NCBI GenBank assembly: GCA_963674785.1
Contig: OY771555.1
Location: 800,001-864,000 of the forward strand
Origin: Caldisericia bacterium
GTDB taxonomy: Bacteria > Caldisericota > Caldisericia > JAAYUI01
Length of the DNA: 64,000 nt
Reading direction: 5' to 3'
Shown here: piece after piece, positions 10,019 through 20,300 of the stretch
How positions within the stretch are numbered: the first letter of the stretch is position 1
Layout of the letters: each line of letters opens with the position of its first letter
The notes under the pieces: generated by a model
The model's input: the letters and a program-made list of their open reading frames with translations, nothing else
Databases searched by the model: none
Told to the model about the DNA's origin: nothing
Program-made: the position numbers and the translations under genes

Positions 10019-10435
10019 TTATTTGTTCTTTATCTGAAGGCCAATGTGTACAACATGAATGCACTCATCTGTCACAAGGTCGATTCCGGCTTCTTTGATC
10101 TCCCTCTCAACCTCTTCATTATGAATCTCAAGCTGAAGCCAAACACATTTTGGTTTTACAGCCAAAGTTTCAGGCAGGATTTCGGGCAAGAAAGCTGATG
10201 CACGGAAGACATCTAAAATGTCAATTTTCTCAGGCACATCACTTATGCTTGCAACGATTTCTTGTCCGCCAATCTCCTTACCGGCATACATCTTGTTGAC
10301 TGGATAAACTGTATATCCCTTTTCAATAAGGTGTTTCGTGATTATATGGCTTGTGCGCTCTGGGTTTGTGGATGCACCATAAACGGCGATCACCTTTGCG
10401 TCTGTCAAAATTCTTCTTAAGTCTTCTTTTTCCAT
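10019..10435 (-). CDS. CoA-binding protein (YccU-like)
   Basis: IAVYGAS.NPER.S, GYTVYPVN, DILDVFR, VWLQL. Confidence 0.9.
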   Translation of the reverse strand: MEKEDLRRILTDAKVIAVYGASTNPERTSHIITKHLIEKGYTVYPVNKMYAGKEIGGQEIVASISDVPEKIDILDVFRASAFLPEILPETLAVKPKCVWLQLEIHNEEVEREIKEAGIDLVTDECIHVVHIGLQIKNK

Positions 10436-10533
10436 GATGTCCTATGTAATACCCTTCTTTAGGAAAATTTCAAGCAACTTTGATAGGAAGTTCCTTGAAA
10501 AACATTTCAACATCTGTAATTTCATGTGATGAA

Positions 10534-12366
10534 ATGAAACTCGAAGAACTGAAATCGCCTGCGCAGTTGAAGGAAATAACAAATGGGAAACTTGACTCGC
10601 TGGCAAAAGAGATAAGACAAAAAATAATTAAGACAGTTGCAGAAACCGGTGGTCATCTTGCAAGCAACCTCGGCATCACAGAATTAACAATAGCACTTCA
10701 CAAGGTTTATGATTCACCGGCCGATAAGTTCATATTTGATGTTGGACATCAATGTTATCCACACAAACTTCTGACCGGAAGATATGAGATGTTTGATACT
10801 CTCAGGAAAACCGGTGGGATGTCAGGATACCCACATCCATCAGAGTCTCCCCATGACCACTACCATACAGGACACGCCTCAACCGCACTCTCGCTTGCAG
10901 CAGGCGAGGTCTTGGGTAGGAAGCTTAAGGGTAAAAATCACCATGTTGTTGGTATTGTTGGTGATGGCAGTTTGACTGGAGGCGAGAGCTTTGAAGCTCT
11001 CAATCATCTTGGTTCACTTGGCGAAAATGTGCTTGTGATTCTCAATGATAATCAGATGTCGATTTCACCTTCTGTTGGTGCATTGTCGCTTCTGACAAAT
11101 AAATTCAGGGCGTCACTGACATATCGAGCTGTCAGCAGAAATATTGGCAATTTCCTCTCAAAATTGGGCGGATTTGGTGAGTGGGTTGTTGGAGTCGGAA
11201 TCAGAATAAAATCTGCTCTCAAGCGAATCCTTATGAAAAACCAATATTTTGAGCAACTTGGTTTCAGATATTATGGGCCGATTGATGGTCACAACATTGG
11301 TCTGATGGTCGCCTTCCTAAAAAGAATAAAAAAAATGAAGGGGCCAATTCTTCTTCATATCATCACAAAAAAAGGCAAAGGTTACAAATACGCTGAGGAT
11401 GGTCCAACAGAGTTCCATGGCACACCTCCATTTGAAAAAGGCAATGGTCACAAAGCAAAAAGCTCAAGAAGCTATTCAAAAGTTTTTGGCGAATCACTGG
11501 CTGCTCTTATGGAAAAAGATGACAGGATTGTTGCGATTTCATCAGCCATGGTTGAGGGAACTGGACTATCTATTCCTAAATCAAAATTCCCAAAAAGAGT
11601 AATAGATGTTGGAATAGCCGAACCCCACTCTGTCTCGCTTGCCTGTGGACTTGCAAGCGCCGGCATGAAACCGGTTGTTGCACTCTATAGCACGTTTCTC
11701 CAGCGATCATTTGACCAGATTATTCATGACGTGTCGCTCATGAAACAGCCTGTTGTTTTTGCAATTGATAGGGCGGGTGTTGTGCCAGCTGATGGCCCAA
11801 CACATCAGGGAATCTTTGACCTATCGTATCTTTCGATGATTCCAGACATGACCATCATGGCACCATCAACAAGCTCTGAGCTCGATGAGATGTTGAAACT
11901 CGCATTTTCACTTGGAAGCCCCGTAGCAATCCGCTATCCAAAAGACAAATCCAATGAGGCAGATGAACCTGCAGAAGTCAGACTCTTTAAAGCAAAAAAA
12001 GAGCGAAGTGGTGAAAACGTTTTGGTTTGCTACATCGGTGCTGTCAGCCTGCAGGTGCATGCAGCAGCGTTACTTCTTTCACAAATCGGAATCGAGTGCG
12101 AGGTTTTAAATCTCAGATTTGCAAAACCGATTGACTGGGAATCCGTGAAAAATTCAGCCGAAGGGAAAAAGCTTGTGATCACCGTTGAAGATGGCATCAT
12201 CAGCGGCGGAGTTGGCGAAAAAATCAAAGCAGAACTAACAGACACAAAGGTCGTAAACATAGGTGTTAATGACGAAATCCCTCCTGTTGGCACACGAGCT
12301 GAGCTTCTTGCAAGATATAACCTTGATTCCGCTGGGATTGCTAAGGTTATTCAGGAGAATGTTTAG
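10534..12366 (+). CDS. dxs: 1-deoxy-D-xylulose-5-phosphate synthase
   Basis: GGHLASNLG, FDVGHQCYPHK, GDGSLTGG...NDN, YSTFLQR, DGPTHQG; start refined to ATG 10534. Confidence 0.97.
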   Translation: MKLEELKSPAQLKEITNGKLDSLAKEIRQKIIKTVAETGGHLASNLGITELTIALHKVYDSPADKFIFDVGHQCYPHKLLTGRYEMFDTLRKTGGMSGYPHPSESPHDHYHTGHASTALSLAAGEVLGRKLKGKNHHVVGIVGDGSLTGGESFEALNHLGSLGENVLVILNDNQMSISPSVGALSLLTNKFRASLTYRAVSRNIGNFLSKLGGFGEWVVGVGIRIKSALKRILMKNQYFEQLGFRYYGPIDGHNIGLMVAFLKRIKKMKGPILLHIITKKGKGYKYAEDGPTEFHGTPPFEKGNGHKAKSSRSYSKVFGESLAALMEKDDRIVAISSAMVEGTGLSIPKSKFPKRVIDVGIAEPHSVSLACGLASAGMKPVVALYSTFLQRSFDQIIHDVSLMKQPVVFAIDRAGVVPADGPTHQGIFDLSYLSMIPDMTIMAPSTSSELDEMLKLAFSLGSPVAIRYPKDKSNEADEPAEVRLFKAKKERSGENVLVCYIGAVSLQVHAAALLLSQIGIECEVLNLRFAKPIDWESVKNSAEGKKLVITVEDGIISGGVGEKIKAELTDTKVVNIGVNDEIPPVGTRAELLARYNLDSAGIAKVIQENV

Positions 12367-12376
12367 AGAACATCCC

Positions 12377-12490
12377 CGTCATGCCAGACGGTTCCTGGGC
12401 CTGTCGAAGGTCGAAGCATGACCGGGCATTCTCTCTCCCCGTCATTCCAGACGGGTGCTGAGCTTGTCGAAGCATGACCCGGAATCCAGG
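12377..12490. repeat. Two REPs, each carrying a loop-inserted CTGAGC..TCGAAG element
   Basis: cgtcatgccagac[ggttcctgggcctgtcgaaggtcgaagca]tgaccgggcatt; cgtcattccagac[gggtgctgagcttgtcgaagca]tgacccggaatccagg. Confidence 0.85.
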
Positions 12491-12662
12491 TCTTGATAAT
12501 GAGATGCAAATAATACTCTAATCCACACAGCTTTTGAACATGTTGTTCGGGCTTAAATCTATTAATTCAAAGTTTATAAAAACTTAGAATTTGACGTTCT
12601 GAGCTGTTCTTATATCATTTTGACAGAGGTATACCCAACTATAAGGGGGGTAGAAAAAGAAT

Positions 12663-13217
12663 ATGAAGAAATATCGAATAAATATGTTTTTCATCGTATT
12701 AATTGCAGTTATCTGTTTGTCATCTGGGCTAATTTCATGTAGGCAGAAATCATATCAAGAGGTTAACGACATTGATTATGATGTAAGTATTCTTATTCCA
12801 GATGGAATGACTGAGGAAGAGTGGATGGATTCAACTTTGTTTGTTGAGTATGAAATTCCTTATACGGGTCAAAACTATTACTCAGAATCAAAGGGCGAAG
12901 CGATAAGCACAACCGAATATTTGTTTGTACACAAAGTGCTTAAATACACAGGAAAAGAACTCAAAGAAACAATTAAACAGTATGATTATCTTTCAAAGCT
13001 AATATTTAAATGGCAATGCCAGTTTGATGTATTAAACGACAAAGTACTCTCATACTGTAGCCACGAATATATTGACCAATGGGTTGAATACTTTTTTTCA
13101 GAAATCAGAAAAGTTGCCACAGATTTTGATATCACTAGCTTTGAAGATCTTGAATTATCAATTCGATATTCATATTTTGATGTTCCACCAATGGATTCAG
13201 ATTTTTGGAGAAAATAA
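12663..13217 (+). CDS. Hypothetical lipoprotein
   Basis: Lipobox LISC; C-terminal LIFKWQCQFD...IDQW shared with 41187..42089. Confidence 0.75.
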   Translation: MKKYRINMFFIVLIAVICLSSGLISCRQKSYQEVNDIDYDVSILIPDGMTEEEWMDSTLFVEYEIPYTGQNYYSESKGEAISTTEYLFVHKVLKYTGKELKETIKQYDYLSKLIFKWQCQFDVLNDKVLSYCSHEYIDQWVEYFFSEIRKVATDFDITSFEDLELSIRYSYFDVPPMDSDFWRK

Positions 13218-13966
13218 GAAAACCAATCTACCCCTGGCAGGTGTTGAACAAACGCAAAAGGGAGCGGCTCTGGACAGCCCTATCATATGAGATAACATCA
13301 GAGAAGATATTATTTTTTAGGGAAGAGCTGCAGAGAAAAACAGCAGAGTTCATAGGCTCAAGCAAAGACTGCCTCATGGAGAATCTTGAGCGTGAGATGC
13401 TCCGTACTCATTGGCACAGAACACTCGAGATTCTTGAGTTTGTACTTACTTCTGAACCCAGAATCGACCCAGAGATTTTTAATAAAATCCTTGAGGAAGA
13501 GGATTCACACTTCAGGTTTTATCCGCAAGAGGGGATTTTCAGGGAGCTCAAAAATACATATGATGATGGGAAAATCGAGGCAGCTCTAAGTGAGACAAAA
13601 CACAAGCTTCCTGAGATTCATGATAGAATAATTACATCATTGAAGCTATACGCTGACCGAAAAAACCCAGACAGGAAAGCAGCGATCATCACAGCATTTT
13701 CTGCGGTTGAGGACATGCTTGATAAAGTCACTGGAAAGAAACCCACAAGAGCCCAAATTGAAGAGGTCTACAGTAGCATTGTCCCTGGTGATGGTGATTT
13801 GAGGAAAGTGTCACTTCTGACTCTGCTTGAGCATGTGGAGCGGGAACGTGGAATCCACAAATGCTACCGTCAAAAGAAACTCAGCAAATCAAAGCTTTAC
13901 ACATTTTCATTTATTTCTGCTTGTTGTAGGGTAATTTCTGATTTGATTGAGAGTTTAGATTCCTAG
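13205..13966 (+). CDS. AbiJ N-terminal domain / HEPN-like protein
   Basis: FNKILEEEDSHFRF...LYADRKNPDRKAAIITAFSAVEDMLDKVTG...RGIH resembles the AbiJ_NTD4-HEPN family pattern. Confidence 0.6.
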   Translation: MEKIRKPIYPWQVLNKRKRERLWTALSYEITSEKILFFREELQRKTAEFIGSSKDCLMENLEREMLRTHWHRTLEILEFVLTSEPRIDPEIFNKILEEEDSHFRFYPQEGIFRELKNTYDDGKIEAALSETKHKLPEIHDRIITSLKLYADRKNPDRKAAIITAFSAVEDMLDKVTGKKPTRAQIEEVYSSIVPGDGDLRKVSLLTLLEHVERERGIHKCYRQKKLSKSKLYTFSFISACCRVISDLIESLDS

Positions 13967-14075
13967 ATCCCGCATCAAGTGCGGGATGACGGGGTGGGAG
14001 TGCGGGATGACGGGGTGGGAGTGCGGGATGACGGGGTGGGAGTGCGGGATGACGAAGGAGTAGATGAGAATGACG
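13962..14075. repeat. Inverted REP plus 21-nt tandem repeat
   Basis: cctagatcccgcatcaagtgcgggatgacg; unit agtgcgggatgacggggtggg x3 plus decaying copies. Confidence 0.9.
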
Positions 14076-14094
14076 AGAAAAATCCCCAGTTAAT

Positions 14095-14380
14095 CTAAAA
14101 TCTCACAAACCTCAACCTAATCGCATTTAAAACAACCATGATGGATGAAAGTGCCATAGCACCAGATGCAATCATTGGATTCAAAAGAATGCCCTGAGGA
14201 TAAAGGATTCCTGCTGCAACAGGAATGGTCAAAACATTATAAAAGAACGCCCAGAAAAGGCTCCATTTGACATTCCTGTTTGTGGCTTTTGCGATTTTCA
14301 TCGCATCAATGACAAGGGATAAATCCTCTCTCATCAAAGTGATTGAAGAGGCATCAAGAGCAAGCCCTGTTCCGCCAGAT
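14095..14380 (-). pseudogene. Orphan duplicate of the copA 3' end (~95 codons)
   Basis: Near-identical to 15037-15322; no 5' part; homology stops abruptly at ccagat|tacat. Confidence 0.9.
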
Positions 14381-14637
14381 TACATATTCAATAATCCAGT
14401 TATGTATTCTAGATTAAATGAATCTTCTTTTAACTTATTTTACATAACATGCTTTCATATACATATATGGTTTTAGAGTCATAATTTTGTATAACTTAAC
14501 TATTAATTACTCTTTTGACTATAACTCATAAAATTAACATCAAGTTATTATAATATAATCTTATGTTAATTCAATTTTAGTTTTAATTACTGCCCTAATA
14601 ACCACAATTTGAGCACTTAAACAAAGGAGGCTTTTGG

Positions 14638-15042
14638 ATGAGAGAAAACATTGGCGGAGTAAACTTGTCACTTTCAAGTAGAATACTAATTTCGATTATG
14701 TTGTTGATTTTTATTTCCACAATTTTCATTATTGGGTATATGCAAAACTGGTTTGTGGGATCAATTAGTTTGTGGAACACTCTCTGGCCAGGGTTATTGT
14801 TTGTTTGTGGCCTTGGGTTGGTGTTTCTCTTCGCAGATTACCATGAAAGTGTTCAAATTCGAATAACAGGATTGTTTTGTATAGTCATAAGCATATTCAG
14901 GACTCTATTTAACTTTGGATCAGTTAATAGCTCTGTTTGGTTTTGGGTTTGGGTTATCTCAGTAGGTATTATTGCTATTTCACTCGTTTTCGTTCGATTT
15001 AAGAACTTAGATTTAAAGCTTGATTTTGAGCACGATCTATAG
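14638..15042 (+). CDS. Small 4-TM membrane protein (LiaF/DUF5668-like)
   Basis: Four hydrophobic segments, LWPGLLFVCGL motif; SD aaggagg. Confidence 0.7.
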   Translation: MRENIGGVNLSLSSRILISIMLLIFISTIFIIGYMQNWFVGSISLWNTLWPGLLFVCGLGLVFLFADYHESVQIRITGLFCIVISIFRTLFNFGSVNSSVWFWVWVISVGIIAISLVFVRFKNLDLKLDFEHDL

Positions 15043-17313
15043 TCTCACAAACCTCAACCTAATCGCATTTAAAACAACCATTATGGATGAAAGTGCCATC
15101 GCACCGGATGCAATCATTGGATTCAAAAGAATTCCCTGAGGGTATAAAATTCCTGCTGCAACAGGAATGGTCAAAACATTATAAAAGAACGCCCAGAAAA
15201 GGCTCCATTTGACATTCCTGTTTGTGGCTTTTGCGATTTTCATCGCATCAATGACAAGGGATAAATCCTCTCTCATCAAAGTGATTGAAGAGGCATCAAG
15301 AGCAAGCCCAGTTCCCCCAGATGGAGCAATCGAAACATCAGCTGTGGCAAGTGCAGGGGCATCATTTACACCATCACCCATCATTGCTGTTTTGCTATCT
15401 TCTGAAAGCTTTTTTAATACATCAAGCTTTTCATCGGGCAGTACCTGTGAATAAACTTGTTTTATTCCAAGTTTTTCTGCAACCGACTCACAGACCTCTT
15501 TTCTGTCACCAGAAAGAAGCACCGGGTGGATTCCAGCCTCTTTGATGAAATCGATAAGCTCTTTTGCACCATCCCTGATTTTATCAAGCAAACCAAAACC
15601 ACCCAAAATCTCAGAATCAGAAATCACATAAAAAACCGCCTCATCTTCATCAAACCCACCAGCTAGCGAAAGTGGAATGTCAAGCCCCAATTTTTGGAGT
15701 AAACGTGGGCCACCAACATGGATGGTTTTCCCATCAACATTTGCCTTTACACCAAGCCCAGGAAGAGCTTCAAAATTTTGGGCTGGAAGAGGATTTATGC
15801 TTTTTTCATTTGAGTATTTTCTGATAGCCTCTGCAAGTGAATGCTCAGAGCCGGTTTCAGCAGATACTGCAAGTTGAACCATCTCTTTTTTTGTACCTGA
15901 AACCACAAGAACACTGTTTACTTCAGGTCTTCCAACTGTCAGTGTTCCAGTTTTATCAAACACGAAATTCTTCACTGAAAGAAGTGTCTCAAAGGCAACC
16001 GCATCCTTTATCAAGATTCCTTTTCTTGATGCAATACCGAGTGCAACAGAAAGTGCCGTCGGAGTTGCAAGTCCAAGCGCACATGGGCATGAAATAACAA
16101 GCACAGAGATCGATGTCAAAACTGCAAGGTGAGGATTTCCAAGCAACCACCAGATATTGAAAGTGGCGATAGCCACTGTAAAAACTGATGGGACAAATAT
16201 TGCCGCAATCTTATCAACCATCTCCTGGATTTTTGGTTTTGAAGACAATGCGGAAGAAACCATCTCAACAACCCTCGAAACAACAGTTTCAGAGCCAGTT
16301 TTTTCACATCGCACTCTGATTGTCCCAAAACCGGTTGTTGCACCTGCAAAAACCTTGTCCCCTGCTTTTACTGGTACAGGAATAGATTCCCCAGTGATGC
16401 TTGCATTGTTTATCTCTGTCTCACCCGAGATCACCACACCATCTGCTGGGATTCTTTCAGCAGCTCTTACAATAACTTCATTTCCGGTTTTAAGTTCGGA
16501 AGGATTTATGTCATTTATCAGTTCACCAACTGCAATGTGTGCGACCTCAGGAAGTAGACTTGCGACATCAAAAACATCTTTCATTGCAGTTAGTTCTGAT
16601 TTTAGTCTGATGTAATGACCAAGGGATACGAGCATCACGATCATTACTGCACCTTCGATGTAGAGGATTCCACCCGTTACATTTGGATTTAGAAGTGACA
16701 CTAGAGAAAAGGAGATTGAGGCGGCCACACCAAGCGATACGAGTGTGCTCATGTTTGTTTGTCTGTTTATTGCCTGCTTTACCGTTTCTATAAAGAAATG
16801 TCTGCCAGGAACAGCAACAACAAAAACCGCCAAACCAAACAATACCCAATTGACCCAATCTGGGAATGGAATAACAAACATCTGATACATCGAAAGAAAA
16901 ATCACGAGAATTGAGGGGATTACGCCCATGAGCAGATTTTTCCCAGTTTGCCTAAAATCTCTTATTTTCAGCTCTCTTGCGGCATTCAGGATATTTTCTC
17001 CTGAAGCTACTTTTCTTGGTTTATATCCTGCTTTTTCAATTGCTTTTGAAATCTCACCAATGCTGACTTTTTTTGCATCATATTCTAGTTTTGCCGTGCC
17101 CGATATGTAGGAGACCGAAACATTTTTCACGCCGGGAAGATTTTCTAAAACTCGAGTAACACTACCTGAGCAACCACTACACATCATTCCTTCAACAGAA
17201 AGTCTGATTTCTTGGTTATTGCTAGTCGAATCAATTGCATACTTTGTTTTTCCTGGTCTGAAAAAAACCCAGATAAAAATCACTATAAAAACACTAAAAA
17301 AAACTAGATACAT
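15037..17313 (-). CDS. copA: Cu(I)-type heavy-metal P1B ATPase
   Basis: HMA GMMCSGC, TGES, CPCALGLATP, DKTGTLT, GDGVNDAP, YN..IP, MALSS; start refined to MYLVFF. Confidence 0.93.
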   Translation of the reverse strand: MYLVFFSVFIVIFIWVFFRPGKTKYAIDSTSNNQEIRLSVEGMMCSGCSGSVTRVLENLPGVKNVSVSYISGTAKLEYDAKKVSIGEISKAIEKAGYKPRKVASGENILNAARELKIRDFRQTGKNLLMGVIPSILVIFLSMYQMFVIPFPDWVNWVLFGLAVFVVAVPGRHFFIETVKQAINRQTNMSTLVSLGVAASISFSLVSLLNPNVTGGILYIEGAVMIVMLVSLGHYIRLKSELTAMKDVFDVASLLPEVAHIAVGELINDINPSELKTGNEVIVRAAERIPADGVVISGETEINNASITGESIPVPVKAGDKVFAGATTGFGTIRVRCEKTGSETVVSRVVEMVSSALSSKPKIQEMVDKIAAIFVPSVFTVAIATFNIWWLLGNPHLAVLTSISVLVISCPCALGLATPTALSVALGIASRKGILIKDAVAFETLLSVKNFVFDKTGTLTVGRPEVNSVLVVSGTKKEMVQLAVSAETGSEHSLAEAIRKYSNEKSINPLPAQNFEALPGLGVKANVDGKTIHVGGPRLLQKLGLDIPLSLAGGFDEDEAVFYVISDSEILGGFGLLDKIRDGAKELIDFIKEAGIHPVLLSGDRKEVCESVAEKLGIKQVYSQVLPDEKLDVLKKLSEDSKTAMMGDGVNDAPALATADVSIAPSGGTGLALDASSITLMREDLSLVIDAMKIAKATNRNVKWSLFWAFFYNVLTIPVAAGILYPQGILLNPMIASGAMALSSIMVVLNAIRLRFVRL

Positions 17314-17328
17314 CCAGCAACCCCCTGC

Positions 17329-17357
17329 TTGACGAATCATCAATCTCGATATAGAAT
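17329..17357 (+). promoter_or_regulatory. Sigma70-type promoter
   Basis: TTGACG-17 nt-TAGAAT, 9 nt before ATG 17367; no SD. Confidence 0.65.
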
Positions 17358-17366
17358 TAACCTGTT

Positions 17367-20300
17367 ATGAGATCCAGAGTTAACATTGTATTGGTTTGCT
17401 TGCTTATTGCAAGCATGCTGTTCGTTCCGACTACCAGTGAAGCCGTTTCCTTGTGGAGTGAAGTTGGACTTTATGACTACGGTCCGGGTAATTATATATT
17501 TGGAAATCCTGGCTTTTCGGCATCACCCGACCTTTTCTATTATGAGAATGATTCGACTATTCAATCCGGATGGATTGACACATATGACGATGGGTTATTC
17601 TTACCGGCATATGCCAGATTTAACGGATATTCATGGAGAAACTCTGACTACGAGGACACCTACGCTGTAAATGCTGCTCCCCCTTCGATAACTGAATACG
17701 TTGCTGGATCTGGAGTCGTAACATATGATGCAGGCTCGGTAACTCAGGTAAAAATCGCCCCAAAAAGAGATACATACGGTGGTGGGCTAGAGCCTCACCC
17801 GATTATGATATGTGGCTGGATATTCCAAACATCAAAATTCACAGGGACAGAGCTGTACTACTGTGACTTAAATGAATCTTCAAGTTTAAGAGTGTGGAAA
17901 CCTGTTTCTTTCACAAAGAATCATAAAAAAGATTTTGATGTTTGTTTTGATGATGGATATATTTTCCTTACCTGGCTCGAATGGGATAGCACTTCCAGAT
18001 GCTACCAGGTAATGGTCTCAAGATACTCTTATGAACTTGGCAGATGGATGCCTTTACAAAATGATCCTCAACCAATTCATGATTTGATTCTTCGAGAAAG
18101 AGCAACACAGGTAACCACGTCAATTGGATCAAAATACACCCCAAAAGTTCAAAGTGTCAAAGGACCTTCAGGATTTCAAGAAATACCTATCATTTGTTGG
18201 GATGAAGACGACGAGATACTTATGGGTAAATGGGATCCAACAACCAACCCCAATCCATCTCCTCATATAAAAGGTTGGGTTGATCTCGAAGGTGAAGAAA
18301 ATAGAACCACAAACGTTTCAAACACGCCAAACAGAGGTTCTCATGAGCCGGATTTCGCACTTGATCCAAATAACAACAATTATCCAGTAGCCGTCTGGAG
18401 TGAGTGCAACAACTTCGGAAAATATGATGCAGTTGGGTCAAAGTGGGACGGTGCAGCTTGGAAGGTTTTGGAAAACATTCCAAATCCTGGTCACACGGTT
18501 ATTGGAGAGACAGTAACAATTGGTGATGCCGGAATCCCAAGAATCGCTCTTCTTGATGACAGCTCACCCGTAATTACCTGGCAACATTATTATGGAGATA
18601 CCAAAAGGTCTTTCATTACCATCAAAGACGGTAATGATTTCTACGGGATTGACGGAAACCCTGGTTATTCTGAGATAAACCCTGCCCAGACAAGTGCATT
18701 TGACGTAACCCCATATGTAATCTCAAATGGAACTGAGGACGATGAGATTGCTATAAATGGAATAACGTACCCGAAATCGAGGTTTTTTGGAAGCCAACAG
18801 ACAAATATATTTTATCAAAAAATAACAAAAGAGCCTGCCCCAGATGATATTGAATATGAAGTAAGAATTGTGACTCCGGGCAGAGAAACAGGCTGGAATG
18901 AGGGATGGTTCCCAATAACAAAGCTTACGGATGATCCTGAGTTTGTAGAGTACAAAATCACCCTTAGAAACCTTCATGAAAATCAACAGAATAGATTTTT
19001 CTATATGCACTTCAATTCGATTGTAAGGTTTTTGAGTTTCAATGTTAATGAGGTATCCTTCTCGAGTGTACCTCATCCTCTAATTGGTCCTAACTATCCA
19101 ATAATCGGATCTAAGCTCAATTCGTATGAATCATCCTATGTTTATTTGGAACATAACCCAACTCCGGTTACAGCTCCAAGTTATCCATATGAATCCTATA
19201 GAAGACCAATGAAATGGTTTCAACTCTTTCACGGAAATGATTATACAAAGATCGATGAGATAACTTTCATTTTGAAAGTCGAGTACCCAAATTCATTCTC
19301 TTGCCCTTATTTGCTCATGGCACCTGGTGATAAAAACTTTATGCCAATGGATGACCCACAATTCTACTATACGCATATGTACACAAAAGAATTTTCAGAT
19401 TATGCATCACCTCCATGCCCTTATCCAAACGGTTATGACAGTACTCAATTCCACAACTTTGTTGGATTCAATACACCTTACAAATACAACAACCTTGTTG
19501 TCGTTCCCGACTACAACGATCTCAATGCATGCAAACCAGCTGAGGCTTTTACTGTGACACTGCTTTCTCCTTGGGGCGATAATGTCGATTTCCTTTATGA
19601 CCTTTATATTGAAAACAGGCAAGAGCTCTCCGGAATCAATCTATGGTTTAAAAACCCCTCTGGGGAGAGTAGAAGCGGAAGGGTTGTTACATTGTTGTAT
19701 GCAATTGCCGACTGCTCCGCACCTGCAAATTGGTTTACACCTAGAGTTAAAGCTCGGTTTACAAGAAAAGACGATCAGAGGGTTATTCAATACGACACAA
19801 AAGATATTGAGATTCTGGTAAGAAGACCGCATCTTTACGGTAGCAAAACCGCAAACACATCGATGGCCGCTGTTGGCGATGTTGTTAATTACACTATAAC
19901 GGTTGGGAATGACGGAGCCGGCTCTGCCTATGATGTTGAAATTACAGACATCATGCCTCATGATCTAGAATTTTTAAATAGTAGTATTGCTGGGAAAAAA
20001 AACGGAAATAATGTCAGTTTTGTTTTTGAAGAAATTGGTCCAGGTGAAGAATACAAAATCAAGATCGCTTGTAGAATCAGAACTGACGCACACATCAAAT
20101 CTGGAGATGTCATCACAAATACTGCGAGAATATCTGGACTAGAAAAAGACCTTTCAACAAACATGGGCATTACAGTGCGTGGGACGGTACCAGGATGCGA
20201 AATGCCTCAGGTTGAAATGGTTATCGACAAACATAAACTTGGTGAATCAATCAAGGCTGGTGAAGAGTTTGATTGCAAGATGCTTATTCACAGGGGATGC

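Noticed and set aside
13978-14075. Possible CRISPR array
   Set aside because: 21-nt period with identical fillers derived from a REP arm; no unique spacers and no cas genes
14470-14535. gttttagagtcat resembling a type II CRISPR repeat or tracrRNA
   Set aside because: Single short match in very AT-rich DNA; only a weak inverted partner; no array or cas9
14095-15322. DGR template/variable repeat pair
   Set aside because: Mismatches are synonymous and not adenine-specific; no reverse transcriptase in the window
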